A DNA stretch of 64,000 nucleotides from Raillietiella orientalis (GCA_036172245.1 JAYWIR010000021.1:1736001-1800000); one strand, 5' to 3'; positions 39,430 through 52,946 are shown, numbered from the stretch's first letter. The notes: generated by a model not told the origin, from the sequence alone. Numbers and translations are program-made.

Positions 39430-42400
39430 CCGCCAGTTTGCGGTGCTCAGATCGACGAGGTCTCCTCCAGCGGCTAAAGGGAAGGGGGAACGAAAACCAA
39501 AAACAAACAAACGGAGAAAAGGACAGGAAATTAACATTGTTGGGGGGACTGGGAGGGGAAATTCGGGAACGGGATCACGTTTCGCTGCCAGGCGTCCTCT
39601 GAGCCCTATCGAGGATGACGATGGCAAGTCCTTTCTGCATGCTGACCCAAGTGGGGACATCTCGTGGCGGTTTTCGAAAAGACTCCCGACCGGTACCATC
39701 CTGACCTCTTCTTGCTGCGTTCCAGGCTGCCATCATCCCGCTAAGACAGCAGACAACTGCAAGAGACGTGGGGGGCGGCGGCAGTGCGGCACGCACGAAG
39801 AGGCGTTTCAAGAGGTCCTTCGGGCTGCCCAGCGGCATCCTAAGGGTCGTCGCTAGACGATACCAAAGGGGTCGCAGGGCAGCACAGTCTGGAAGCAGAG
39901 TCCGGGTAGGCGTCGAGGTCTTCGCATGTTAGGCGAACCAGGGAGGAGTCCCGACTCTCGAGCAGGCAACGAGTGTTGGGGGGGAACACGCAAAAAGAAA
40001 TGAAAGAGTGGAAGACGTTCCTTGAGGAGTTCCCGTGCTTTCTTTCATGCGTCAACTTTCCTTTATCCCATTTTGCAGGGGCGCTTCTCATCGCCAATGC
40101 GAAGGCGGGAGCGACTTCTCTGCTTTGCTGCCCACGCTCCCGTTCGGAAGCGCCCTGCTTCCACGGTCCAGATGCGACGCAAGGTCGCGCCATTCCAGCG
40201 GACGCCGGCATCGGCATCGGCGGTAGCTACACCCGCGGTGTATTTTGCGGACGGCTGTACATCACGAAGGGCATCGCAGGCGAATAACCGGAGCAGGTTC
40301 GATGCAATCTCCACGCTCCAGGCACAGTTTAAGAGGATGCCGCCCATAGCTCAGCAGTGGCGGTGGGAGCTGCAAGGAATTCTTTCCCGACTTGCCTATG
40401 CTCTGGCCTAAGGGAAAACCAGTGAAACAGATGGGAGGAGTTTCTTTTCTTAAAGAACAATTTCGTTCATAAAACGCGAGGCGGAACAAATATGCAGAGG
40501 AAGGGAAAGGATTGGGGCTGTTCGGTTAGAACCCCTTGGCAAGAATCACTTCTTTCCCACTTGGATCGAACTCTCGCATTTACAGAACTATTAGTGTCAT
40601 TCGCAACGCGATCCCCCAACCACATCAAACGTAGTGCCAAGAAGAACGATTCCACCTTCTTCCTCGTTTGCACGAACCGCAGGGAAATTCAATGTGGACT
40701 TACTACGGGTTTCCCACCCCACCTCTCATGCTCCATGCGAGAGCGAAACTCATGGAGCAAACTCTGATTGATTGGTCGGCAACCGCTTCGAAGAGCATCT
40801 CGACGAACTTCCCGAGCATTGGCAATGGCCAGCGGGGAGCTCGTCGGCAAGATTTTCATCCGCTTTGCCATCTTGGCGTTTGTCATTCGCTTCGACCGCT
40901 GCGGTCGTTCCGGGGAGCCACCGTGGCGCCGGTCCGCACCTTCCGAGCCGCGCACACGCATCCATGGCACGGCAGCTTGGAGGAGCTGAGCTTCTGCACA
41001 AACACAGGTGTTGCGGAATTCACTTGGTAGGATCGAACCGAAGGCGACCCCCAGTGGATGGTGGTCAGCTCCACCGAACCAAGAAACTCGAGCTGCAAAT
41101 GCAGGGGAGCCAACGTCTCTGCTTGCACCAACAGACGGAGTGGGAAATCTTGCCTGCAATGGCTCCAACCGCCTCTCCGAGCCTCCCATCTTCGTCCACG
41201 CATTGCACGCTCGATGCCGATTCGGCGACGGCGGCAGAGCCACCTGACTGTTGGCAACCGCGTTTTCCCGCTCTGCAAGTTCCGCTGGATGCTGCAACAG
41301 GGCGACTGAATCAACTCCGCGGACCTCGCAGCCTCGTGTCCGGTTCCGTTGAACGAGCGACGCTTCCTACCAGAGATGCTGCAGCCGTCGGATCGCCTTT
41401 CGCCCCCGCAAACGGGTCCGTCGCTTCTTGGCGTCCCCGGAAACGCTGCCGCACCTAATCCAACCACCGAGCCGCCTAGCAACGGAATGGAGATGCAGGT
41501 GAGAATGGCTTCCATCTCGAAGGAAACTCGGTCGACCGCAGGCGTGAGCGACTCGATGGCTTTTGATGCAACTCGCGAAACTCCAATGTCTCTTTCCGCA
41601 AAGCCACCTGACCGCTCTTTCCTCCAGCTGCATCCCAAGTTCCTCATCCGCAAGCTGACCTCCAGCTCCGCTCCCCTGAATGCCACTTCTTTCTCCGTCG
41701 CAGCACCCTGGATGGGAATCGCTCGAGGCCAATCCGGGAAGAGCTCCCCGCCTCCCGAACGGAAACCGCCAACCCGCATTTGTGGCACCATCGGATGGCA
41801 AGGAGAAGGAAAAGCGGGTCTCCGCACTTCTTCCATACAGAATCCATCCAATGGGTCTCCATCTTTCCAATCCCACCGGATGCGCACCGGCCATCACCTT
41901 TTTTAAAATTGCACTCGGTAGCCGTCGGTGGTTGGCGTCCTCCTCCCGAGTCTCCTCACGTTGGAGGCGTTTGGCAATCCGCTCGCTGCTTGCGTGGCTC
42001 ACGATGTGGGGATGACCGCTGTTGCAGTTTCGGGCTTTCTTTCGGACCGCGGGCTTCCCTGGTCTTCTGAACTCTTCGCATCGTGGTGAACCCCTCTTCA
42101 CGCGACGCGGTTTCGTAGCTGCAGCGGCAACAAGTTGAGCGCACGTTGGCTCGTTCGAAGGAGGGAGTCCCGGCAGGAGGAAGCTGTCGGTGCTCACTGC
42201 ACCCATTCATCGCCCTCCCATTGGAAAGGTGGCACATCTGGGGAGGGTTCTCTCGACGCAGATGCGAGATGCCGCTCACGGAATCCCGGAAACGGAAAGA
42301 GGTTCGCCAGACCTCGACCCTGCTGACTCCAATGCAGGAATTGGGATGGACCTTCTTGCGCGTGCCTTCAAGCACGAAGACTGACCCTTTCCACTTACTG

Positions 42401-44520
42401 CTGTCCTCCTCGATGGTAACATCCTGCGCGACGGCAGGTCGCTTTGCATGACGGAAAGTCGCCCAAGGTGAATCTTCGCCACTTGCTTTTGAATCTCTGA
42501 GGTAGTGGATTTGGATCAGCGACAAGTGGTAGTGGACTGCAGTGGTTTAGTGGATTGCATTGTAATTTGCGAGTAAGTTCATTGCAGTTTCTGAAGTTCT
42601 CGAGGACCAAGGAAAGAAATGCTGCTGGTCAAGGGCACCCCCATCGTTGCTTCAAGTTTTCCAGTGACCTCTCGCCTGTTTATCAAGTAAAGTAGCGAAG
42701 TAAGTTGACCACATGGTTTTCTAGAGGCATAGAACATTTTGGGGCACTCGTCACTTCGTGTTTGTGATTAGTAAGGTTTAAAGCGCAATTGGGCGGTATG
42801 GAAACTCCGTTTTAGTGTTTTATTCCTATATTTGCCTGTGTTTTTGTGAATTTTTGAGCCTCTCGTATGTCAAGAAGCCTTTTTTTTTTTTTTTTTGCAT
42901 TCCTACTTTATTCATGTTGACTGTTTACGGTCACAGTTGAAGGTCACGCCCTACCCCTTCTAAAATAAATGAGCTAAGATTTTCTTATCCATGACGGTAC
43001 TGCTTCTTAATAAATACGAATGGACAATGAGCTTTGGTGGAGTGAGTTTTCGGTGCCTGCTGAAGAGCGAATCGGAGGAGACAGCCAGCTGCATGCCCCC
43101 CCCCCCCCCTTCAGCCGGATGACCTTCTCTGCAGTCTGTCGTTCTTCATCTTCTTCTACCGATCTTCAAACGGGCGAATTCTTATAATCTCGAGCAGCTT
43201 TCGTTCTCGGTTTCCGCCTTCTACATTTCCACCCTCGCTGCCAATTCTTGATCGTCATTAATTCGCCTTTGCTTTCATGGGAATGACAAATACGTCGCAT
43301 TTGTTCCCTGTTGTGAGGATTCATGGGAAATTCGAATCTTGCGAGTTGCGTTTCGTTTTACGTGTGAACGCAGCATCACAAAGCGCTCCCATTCTTCACA
43401 GTGTGAGCACTCAATGTGAATCACGAGGTCGTCGCGTGTTCCGCATTGAGCCATTGCCACCGAACAGCGTTTGAGGGGCTTCCTAGAGGGAACAAAAGAA
43501 AGAAAAAACGCAGAGAATGGATCTAATGAACTTGAATATGGGATCGGTGAGTAACGTGGGAAAACACTTCGGATTGATCCTGGAGGCTTAGAGGAGAGTA
43601 AAAGAAAAACGCACGCGCCCCAAAAAAATGAGAGATCCGTTCTACTTGTACGCGTGTGGTTTGAAATTTTCTGGAGTAAGGAGTCATACGAATCGCGTGT
43701 GGCCAGATGAACTAAGCAGATCACTATCAGATGACGTAAGCACATTCACTGCTGTGCGTTTCTCAATCAAAGCGGATCGCAATCAGGCCGTAGGGCCCTC
43801 CCCACGGAAACGGCCCAACTCGGAATCGAGGGCTGCGTGTCTTCTGCGGCGCAGGAAAAGCGGGGGGGACGCTGAATCCCGCGCTCGGGAGCAGCAGCGG
43901 GAATGCGTCCCAGGCCTCATCCCTGGACCGGAAGGAGGAAGCTGGCGCTGCGGCCGAACGCGTGCGTGGCAGATGCAGAAAGGCCGTCGTCGTTCGGCTC
44001 GTGATCTTTTTTGATTTCCGGCCCTCGGTGTCCCTTTTGAGTTGTGCCCGAGGCCGCGCTCGGAACGAGACGCGGACCTTTCCGGACTCCTGAGATCAAA
44101 GGCGTGCTCACTGCTCGTCCACGTTTCGAGCGGAAGGAGAGGGATGCGGGCGTCGACCTGCGCAAGGATATTGCACGTCAGTCCGTGGATCGGGCACTTT
44201 TCCACCGAGGATCATGCTTGCAGGATGCCCTTTGACCTGAACACACGCAGATGTCTCTCTTCCTTTCCACCAAACCAAAGCGGAGATTCCGCGTGCAGCA
44301 GTCGGGCAGCCTACGTGAAGGTGCTGTCAGGAAATGCGCCCGTGGAAGAAGGGACCCCCATGTGGGAAAAGGTACTTTTCCCGTGCCTCGTTCTTGCGAG
44401 TCAGCTGACGTGTCGTGTTCAGGCTTCGCTCTTTGCTCTCGTCGTTGAGACCTATTGCTCCCTGCGGACGAACAAACGAACGAAGGAGGTCCGCAGGTTC
44501 CCTATAATGTGTCCTTAGTC
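39430..44520 (+). mobile_element. Highly decayed R2/NeSL-like (RLE-type) non-LTR retrotransposon relic, interrupted
   Basis: Remnants in the expected order: zinc-finger-like segments (CCVPGC ~39710; FCGRLYITKG ~40245), RT-like TLLTP..PFHLLLSS (~42310-42410) and LDQRQ (~42510), RFSIKA..C..AES..C (~43755-43910), then a PDL-like RLE segment. All degenerate. Confidence 0.45.
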
Positions 44521-45095
44521 ACGGAACCTTTGGTGAGGAGGGGTCCTGCTCTGTCCCTGCGACCTCGGCCGAAACACTCTGGAAGTTCTGGGGCGAACAC
44601 CATGGGAAAGTGCGAAACGCCGGAAGCGTGGACGAAGCAACGGTCGGGCCGAAGAGTTGTCACGGTGGTGGTGGTCCTCCCATCGCCCGTACCGAGCCAC
44701 GAGCGAAGCGTGGCTGAGGTCGAGTGGTGGCCGAGGAAGGCTTTCGCGGCGGCCTCGCAGCCGGTGGCTACCCAGCACCCGGAGTGCGGAAGAACGAACC
44801 AGAGGAGTCCTGAGCTGTCCCTTTTTTTCCTCGTGATCAGCTCCTGAGGATCGATAATCAGCAGTTGCGAGCGGTGCGTGTTTTTTTTTTTTTTTTTTTC
44901 TCCCCGGCGTGCGTCTCCGAAGCCTTCCCTCCCTCTTTCTCCTTGACACAGTCACTTTCTTAGAATGTTCAGCTCGTGCGTCGTAAGCAAAGCTGCATAA
45001 CAGCTGACGAGCGAAAAGGAATTTCTGAAAGTCTTGCGAATTCGACGCTCTTCGGGTGGGACAACCGCTTTTTTTTTTCCGCCGGATGGGCTCCT

Positions 45096-45103
45096 TATAT
45101 AAG
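45096..45103 (+). promoter_or_regulatory. TATA box of the Gly/His-rich gene
   Basis: TATATAAG about 90 nt upstream of a gccATGG start at 45187. Confidence 0.65.
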
Positions 45104-45186
45104 GGAAGCGCTGCCGCCGTGGAACCCTGAGGCTGTGCACAGGGAAGCCAGAAAATCCCGTCTTGCTATCCCCAGCTTTTGACGCC

Positions 45187-48100
45187 ATGGTTAGGTGGTA
45201 TTTAGTGCTGCTGCTGCTGGGATGGCTTTCGTTCGGTAAGTGATGCTGCGGGGGTTTAAGGAAGCCCGGAGTCCGCCGCCCCTCACGTGGTCGCTCCCGT
45301 TGACGCCGGAGCTTTCCCTCTTCCCGTGTCGCGCTCGAGCTCAAAGATGGTGGAACGATGCCCGCGGCAGGGCCGCTGGGTTGCCTGGTTTCGGCCCACC
45401 TGCGCGACTGCCCCGGAAAACCTTCCCAGATTTGCAGCCGACCTCTCCCTCCGTGGCGCCGCCGATGCGGAATCTGCTGCCCCGCTCAAAGGTCAAATTA
45501 GGGGGTCTTCACGTGATGTGTACTCACACGCGGGTGGACCTTTCGGTTGCTGAAGAGTTGTCATTCCTGGTGAAGAGCAAAATCGCAGCAAGCGGGGAAT
45601 TCGGTTCGCTGCGAGAGGCGAACGAGGGGGGGGGGGGAAAGGGGGAAGAAGAAGAACAACAACAACAACAACTCGTGCACGATTCGCGCCATCAACTTGG
45701 TTGTCCGCGCGCCAACAGCCACACCCTGTGCCATCCTCATGCTGCGCCGAGGGACAGCAGCAGCCGCGAAGAATGAACGTGACCGCAAGGTTGGACGCGC
45801 GCCACCCCGCCAGCTGCAAAGGGGATGGGGCTCTCTTTTTTGCCCCCCGTCCCCCTTCGCTCGACTCGGGCGCCCCCCATCCCCACGAGCTACGTTTACC
45901 CCGCCTGGGGCTTGGCGCACAACGCACTCCTGGAGGGCGCGTCAGGGCGGCCAGGAGAGGCGGCGCGGACCGGCCCGCTCCCGGTTTCATCTGGTTTCAT
46001 CTTCTCCCCTCAGGGGCAGAGTGCAAGTCCAAGGACGAGGAGCCCGTTCTGGATTACGTCTCGGACCAGGTTTGCGCCCGGTTCCCCGGGGGGAACCCCT
46101 TCAACTCCGCGCGGTTGTGTTCCAGGATGCGGAGGACTCCCATGAGGAGGACCGCCCGTACCACCTTTACAGACCAGGAAAGCCCGGCGGCGGCCACTAT
46201 TCCCGGAAAGGTGAGAAAGGGTCCAGGTGAGGGGCGGGCGGGCCGTGAAGCACGCCCGCTTTCCAGAGGAAGGCGGGACGTACGGCAAGGGGTTCGGGTA
46301 TTGGCAAGGCAAGGGAACCTACTCAGGTAGGCAGCCGGGGGGGGGAGGGAAAGAGGGGGTCGTGGGGACTGGTTCCTCCCTCCGAACGCGGGGGGAGAGG
46401 CCGATCCCGCTTTCCCCGCCTCCGCTCCCCTGCTGTTTGCAGGCAGCGTCAGCCATCCTGCCCTGAGCGCCGGGGGCCAACAGGAGAGCCGCGAAGAAGA
46501 GGGGGCGAACGAAGGAAGCTACGGGAACGGTTGTTGCTCTAGACGGGGGGGTCGTGCACGCGACCCCGGGGGGAACGCTCCATATGCTTTCCAGATGACA
46601 AGGGGACCTACGGCTCGGGTGGAGGAGGAGGAGGGGGAGGAGGAGGAGGAGGCTTCTACGACGGTGACAGGAGGCCCTTCCCCTACGACGGCTCCAAGAA
46701 GCACCACCACCACCACCACCACCAACATCCGTACGGAAGTGGCGGCGGCGGTGGCTACGACGGCGACAAGTACGGAGGTGGAGGTCACTACTTCCCTGGG
46801 GGCGGCGGCGGTTTGTACCACCATCACCACCACCATCACGGAGGGGGAGGAGGAGGAGGAGGAGGAGGCATCATTCCGTACCATTACGGCGGCGGCAGCA
46901 GCCCCTACCACCACCACCACCACCACGGAGGAGGAGGAGGAGGCATCGTTCCGTACCCTTACGGCGGCGGCAGCAGCCCCTACCACCACCACCACCACCA
47001 CGGAGGAGGAGGAGGAGGCATCGTTCCGTACCCTTACGGCGGCGGCAGCAGCCCCTACCACCACCACCACCACCACGGAGGAGGAGGCAAATTCTACCAT
47101 GACCGGAAGCCGTGCTATGGAAGCAGCTGCGGCGGAGGCGGGGGCGCATACTTCCCGCATCCCCTCCCTAGACCCCACGGCCACGACAAAAGGTACCCCT
47201 CTCACGGCACCTACAGTGACGACAAGGGGAAATGGGGAAACCAGGTACCACGGAGGGGGAGTCATCCCGTACGGAAGCGGCGGCGGCGGCGGCGGCGGCG
47301 GCGGCTCGGGGATCTACTACGGCGGATCTGGCGGACACGTACCGCTGCCCTACGGCGGAGGACACGGTCCAATAATCCCCTACGGAGGCAGCGGCGGATC
47401 CATCGGTGGAGGAGGCGTGGGGTCTGGAAGATACCCCAAATATCCAGGAGGTGAGCCGCGCTGGGAAGGAACCTCATCCCCGGAGCGTCCGAAACGCCCT
47501 TCCCGGCCTGACTATGGGGGGGTGGAGAAGTGACCGGCGGCCGTTCTCTCTGCTGGCCGTAGGAACCCTTCGCCTCCCACTTTTCCCTCCTGTCTCTCGA
47601 CCTCTCCCCGACTTCGTTCAGTCCTATGCTGCTGACGTGAGCACCGAAGCAGGAGGAGCAGGAAAGGGACAGGGTTGCTCCAGGCGAAGCAGAAAGAGGA
47701 GGGGTCTGCAGGAGGGACTGACTTTTTTTCCCGCTCTCCTTACAGCTGCCTACGGAAGTCGATTAGCCTACGGGGACGTTCCTGACGGAGGTTTCTATAG
47801 CGGCGGTTCTGGAGCTGTAGGAGCCGCCTACTACGGCGCTACCGTAGGTCTTCCATTCGCTCCTGGTTCCCCCCAGATCGCGCGCCTCTCCCCACTGCTC
47901 CTTCCCCTCTCCCGCAGCCCTGCTTCCACCTCTCGCCTGGTTCCGCTCTAGGACCACGAGGGAGCAGGGACGGGAAGAGGAGGAGGCTCGCAACATTCCG
48001 CCGCGCGTAGGCTCTTGCGCCCGCTTGCGATCGCGGCCCTCTGATTCCGGCTGCTTTTGTTTCCAAGGTTACGGAGACAGGAGGGTGGTTTTCATCCCGC

Positions 48101-48294
48101 CTTACCCATATCCGTACTATGGATATCCATACTTCGGAGGTAGCTGATGGGAGACTCGGGATGAATACGAGAAGAGGCGAAATGAACTCCTTTTCCCAGG
48201 TGGCCATCACGCCTACAGGGGGTACGGATACCGCCACGGTGGACCAGGAGGCATCGGAAGACCCGGTTACGACAGTGACGAGGAGAGCAGATGA
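45187..48294 (+). CDS. Secreted Gly/His/Tyr-rich structural protein (~486 aa, 11 exons)
   Basis: Signal-peptide exon 45187-45235 (MVRWYLVLLLLGWLSFG), then exons 46014-46069, 46126-46210, 46267-46326, 46443-46529, 46595-47192, 47245-47450, 47746-47843, 47952-48006, 48068-48139, 48200-48294. All are GT-AG and phase-compatible (1461 nt). AATAAA at ~48356. Confidence 0.8.
46851..47087 (+). repeat. Coding tandem repeat, ~3 x 75 bp (GGGGGGIVPYPYGGGSSPYHHHHHH)
   Basis: Near-identical 75-nt units built from GGA/GGC/CAC triplet runs. Confidence 0.9.
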
Positions 48295-48749
48295 TAGCGA
48301 GGCAGGAAGAGGTCCAGAAGGACCACCGCAGATTCGTGCCCCACCTCGGACGGAGAATAAAAGGAAGGGGAAGAAGAGCAGGTCGCAGCAGAAAGAAGGC
48401 GCTCCTGGCGTCTTGGTTCATTTCCGCTTCCGGTCGGAGTGCGGGGCGGGCACAGGCGGGGGAGGGGAAGAAGAAGAACTAGAGGAAACGTCCTGCCCTC
48501 TCTGCCGCCTCACCGCGGGAGGGGCCGATCACCCGCGTCGCCCTGAGCCGGAGGCGATCCGGCTAAGCGGAAGGGTGAGTGGACCTTCCGCTCCTTCCAC
48601 CCGGAGGCGACGGGGTCACGGAGGCGGAGAGAAGCTGCCGCGCTCACCCTTCAGCAGGAAGGTCCACCCTCCTGCAGCTCGGAGGCCTTCTTCCTATTCT
48701 AGGTCGCTGGCCAAGGACGACGAACGGCTCCATCCCTTATCTCCGTAGA

Positions 48750-51700
48750 GCACCTCCCATCCCCCTTCTATCGGCGCGAGGCGGACTCCTCAGGGAGGAG
48801 TGGAGGACCTCTGCAGCCGCAGCAAGATTCGCGGGACAACGGGTTTGCCATGGATGCCCACATCCGCGGTCGCGTTGCTGACGTCGTGACAAGCTCGTCC
48901 GCCGCCTCCTTCAGCCCGATCCGTCGCCGGGGAGACCGTCTCCCTCCACCCCGATTCTCTGTGCCGCCCTCCTCCCCCTATTCGTCCGCTTGCATTGATT
49001 TCCGCAAGGGTCCAGAGGGAGGTCCAAGAGCGCCCCCTCCCCTCGTCTTCTGAGCATCCGGTTCGCGGGCCGCTCTTCCTCGGCTCCCTCCTCTCTTCTG
49101 GGCTTGCTGTGGGCGGCCCTCCGTGGCGCACGAGGCTCGGGAACGGCGTGTTCGAACTGACCGCCAAGAGAAGGATTCGGGGCGCTTGGCAAGGACGGAC
49201 GGGCGCGCCGTTTTCGATGACCATGCGCGCGAGCAGAAAGAGGGTAGGTGGAAGGTCCTGCCCGTCGAGGTGAAGGAATGGGGTTTCGGACGCTCCTCTG
49301 CATCCCCAGTTGGACCTTTCTCCAGCGCGGCTGCCTCAGAGGAGGCGCGTTAGCCCTACGGAAAGGGGGAGAAGACCGATCGGAAAGAAAGGCTGCAAGG
49401 AGGCCTTACCAAGGACAAGCGCGGAAGCTGCGAGTATCAGGTTGTCCCTCGCAGCCCCGCCGGCCTCCCCCTCTTGGCTTCATTTCGAACAGTCCGTGAC
49501 TTTCTGGAGCGTGAGGGGTGGTGAGATGGAAGGAATGAGGAAAAGCGCCTCTGTGTGCCCTTCCACAAGAACTCCTTCTCCGTGCAACAGCATGCCCGTG
49601 AATCCGGGTGTCCCGCGGTCCGGATCCAGGAGTCTGCGACTTCCTAGAGGATACGCGTTTCCGGAGAAGCCGTTCCAGGAGCTGCAGACGCTCTCTGGGC
49701 TCCTCGAACTTTCGCGGGAATCTCCTGAAAATTCGCCTTCCCTTGCTGCACGTCGATCCTCGTCATTAGCTCTAGGAGCGCGGGAGTTCCTGCGAATCGG
49801 GCATCGGAGGGTGCAGGCGAAGCCGACAACGACGAAAGACTTCGCCGGAGGCTGACACCCGTGAGTGCTGTCCCGAGCGCGGGGACCAGGCGCTTTAGGC
49901 GAGCCTGGTCCCTGTCGCTAGGGAGAGCCTCGCCTTCCACCCCTCGACTGCCCTTTCGGGTGGCGGCTTTCCCGTTCTTTCGCGGGTGCACGGGCAGCGA
50001 TCTCCCCACCAACACGAGGGAGCTCGTTGGGAGTGGCGCTGACCACCTGCTTCCTCGGCGCTCTGCTTTCCTCCAAGCAGCGGAGACGATGCGTGGCTCC
50101 CTTCCAGGAAAGTCTCCCGGACCGTTTCCCCGATGGCTCCCCTTCGGACTTTCTCCCCCGTCCTTTCCTTTTTGGGTTCTCCCCCAAGCGTGAGAGAAAC
50201 CGACTACCTTCTCCGGAGCCCTTTCTGGATTCTTAGGGTGATCCCTTACCAGGAATCCCCGTGAGAATGCCACATGCACCTCCGGGTGGCGTGGAACAGC
50301 GTTAAAGAGCTTCATGAGCCTCCAGACGAACGACGGCTCTTGAGGCATCTGGCGAACCCCCCGAAAAGAAGCAGCTAACAGATGGGAAGAGTTCGCACGC
50401 AAAGATCCGATTGCGCATCAGCAGGAAAGCATCGGTTGGTCTGGGATGCATGCGGGCACGTGTGATGAGTCCCCGTATTTCCCGGTGCGCTGTATTGGCG
50501 GGTAAACTATATGCCGTCATCGTGCACAACGACTGCGTGCTGACGACGCTTCAGGGAGCTCTCGAGGGATAGAAGGACAGTCCGCCGGTCGTGTCCTCCC
50601 TGCCTTCGCAGGAGGGACGGAGAAAGGGGTGGACGCTGAGCATCTTCCCGCACTGGCGCTCTGCACTCTGAGGAGCGGGGAGGCTTCCGAAGGCGTCAAA
50701 GCGCGGCTGCCACTGACATCAGGCGTACCACCGACTCGGTGAAAAACGCCCTAAAGGGTTTATGCACGTTTCGACCGGGTCATCGGATCCGCTCCGACTT
50801 CGGCGTCTCCCCTGAAGGCTGGAACTGGAGACATTCGGATGACCTCATGCCTCCGTGCAGAGCTCAGCGAGGGAACTATTTCAACGCGGGAGAAGGGTGG
50901 CACCTGTGATGCAGCAGCCCAGCCTCCGAAATTATCGACGAGATAATCAGTGGGCAATACGTAGATGAAAGTTCCCCATCGATCCGATAATTTTTCATGC
51001 ATCGAGACTGCTGATTAGCTGGGATGCTGGTTTCAAGAGGCTACGCGTGAAGCTCTTCTATGTCTGGACGGTGGACGCTCTTGCGGCGCACAATTCGCGT
51101 AGCGATGGTCTGGACCATTTTCGAAGCGCTAGGGCTACTCGGGTGCGATGAGCGTGGAATCAATGTGGAATGAGATGTACTTGTTGTGAGGAAGCTGCCA
51201 GGGGCATCGTCTAGTCGTGGGTTATTTGGCAGGACCGGATTGGACCTCCAGGATTACTGGTCTTCTCGAACTGGGGATGGAAGCTGCGATGGAGGATCCT
51301 GTGATCTTCGCCTGTGCCGCTGCCGTCGCAAGAAAAGAAACGCTTTTCTTCGGCGTCTACAAGAGCATCCTGACAGGGAGGATTCCGGATATCCTTGGGC
51401 TCAACTGGCGTTTGGTCACTCTTTCCGCTCCGTCTCAAGCCGGTGCGCCTGAGCGGGGAAGGCTGGAAGCCCTTCCTTCGGCAGGCGCAACCGCTGCCGA
51501 AGAAGGCAACCGTGCTGAAGGAAGGGGCGGCTGCATGACTCGAGAGAGCCCTGTAGTGAAGGGCAGAGGACCGGAATCCCCTCGCTTTGTTCTCGTAACC
51601 GTGGAAGCGAGCAGGGGCGAACTCGGGAGCGTGGTCAAGCGGGACGACTCCCCTGCGGCGTGCATTCGGTTGGCGCCCCTCCTCTTCAGGCACGGCTGCA

Positions 51701-52550
51701 GACGCCGTCGAACCGTCTCTACCTCTTGCGCGCACGTGATCGTCGAGCGTCCTTTCGTGACTGTCCAGACGACCATTTGCACTCATATGAAAAAGCGCAA
51801 ATGAAAACAAAAAGAGGGGGGAGGAGGAAAGGCGGTCTGCAAAGACGCGGATCCTTCCGTGCTCAGTGACGTGTCAAGGACAGCTGCGCAAGCAGTTTAA
51901 TTCCATGGTGATAAAGACCAGCTGATGGAGAAGAATAGGAGCAGAACCATAGGCGCCATGTCTGAGTGAGGGACACTGATCCGGGTCCCATTCTCGCCCA
52001 ACCAGCCCTGCGTCTCCAGAAGAGTCCCCTGGGTGGCACGATCAGGGCGTGCAGACGGCGGAGGGAAAAGCCTTTGGCGCTCGGAGACCCGAGGGATGAC
52101 CTCCTCCCGGATGACACGCCTGTCGTCGTCGGCGCCTCCTTCTCCCTCCGAATTCCCGGAAGAGAATCCCTGCTGCCGAGGGAAGGCGGCAGCGACACGA
52201 TCTCACGTCCCCCTTCGCGAGGGGAGGAGAAATCGTCTTTTCGCCTGCGAGGTGCCGGCCGAAACCGCAGGAGGCTTCGCCCGGCTTGGGCCGTCCAGCC
52301 CGCAAAAGGTCGTAGCCATGGAGGTTGTCGCGGTCATCCGATGAGCCGCCACGCAGAGCACAGCTGAGGACAAGAGGAGTCGCACCGTCCAGGGTCAGTG
52401 CGGGCAAGCACGTCGCGTCACGGGAACTGGGGGTGTTCACAGGAACTCGGGTGCTCTCTGGGAACGGATGGAGGCGATCGTTGGGGGTAGCCGGTCCCTT
52501 CCTTCACTCTCTCGATATGTTTCCTTTTGGAGGAGAGCCTCCACCCCTCC
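48750..52550 (+). mobile_element. Possible second very decayed RLE-type non-LTR relic
   Basis: Faint ordered resemblance only (Zn-finger/Myb-like ~49150-49270, RT-like ~50780-51250, Cys/His remnant ~52320); no intact motif. Confidence 0.22.
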
Positions 52551-52946
52551 ACAGGGAGGGAGGTCGACCCGCTCCCCTCCATTTTCAAACGGCCGCGATC
52601 CCTTAGGGATGTGGCGTGGAGGGACCGATGTCAAGATGGCTTCTCGATGCGCGCCTCCTGCGGCGCGCCGGTCGGGGTAGGCTGCTGCTGCACCAGTACG
52701 GGGGGAGAAGGAAGGGGGGGAGGGAAGAGGGGCAACCAGCGAACGACGGTGAGCGAACCTCGAGGTATGCGCACGCGTCGCTTCTCAAACGCGCGGGCGC
52801 CCGCGAGGACACGTAGGGAGAAGTCCTCCGGCAGAGACGCGCCGGTGGCAACGTTTCAGAGGCAGGACGATGGATCCTTCCGCAGCGAGTATCCCTCCCA
52901 GATCTTCCTCTCCATCCGATAGATGACGGCATACTCCGGCCGAGGG

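Noticed and set aside
46851..47087. Regularly spaced repeats as a CRISPR-like array
   Set aside because: Head-to-tail coding repeats without unique spacers; no cas genes; eukaryotic context.
46519..47533. Long Thr/Glu/Ala (mucin-like) and antisense Val/Ser/Ala ORFs
   Set aside because: Shadow frames of GGA/CAC/GGC triplet repeats; splice phases support the Gly/His frame.
51000..51170. CACTA/EnSpm-like transposase motif (VDALAAH..GLLGC)
   Set aside because: Requires frame switching and has no supporting motifs or TIRs.
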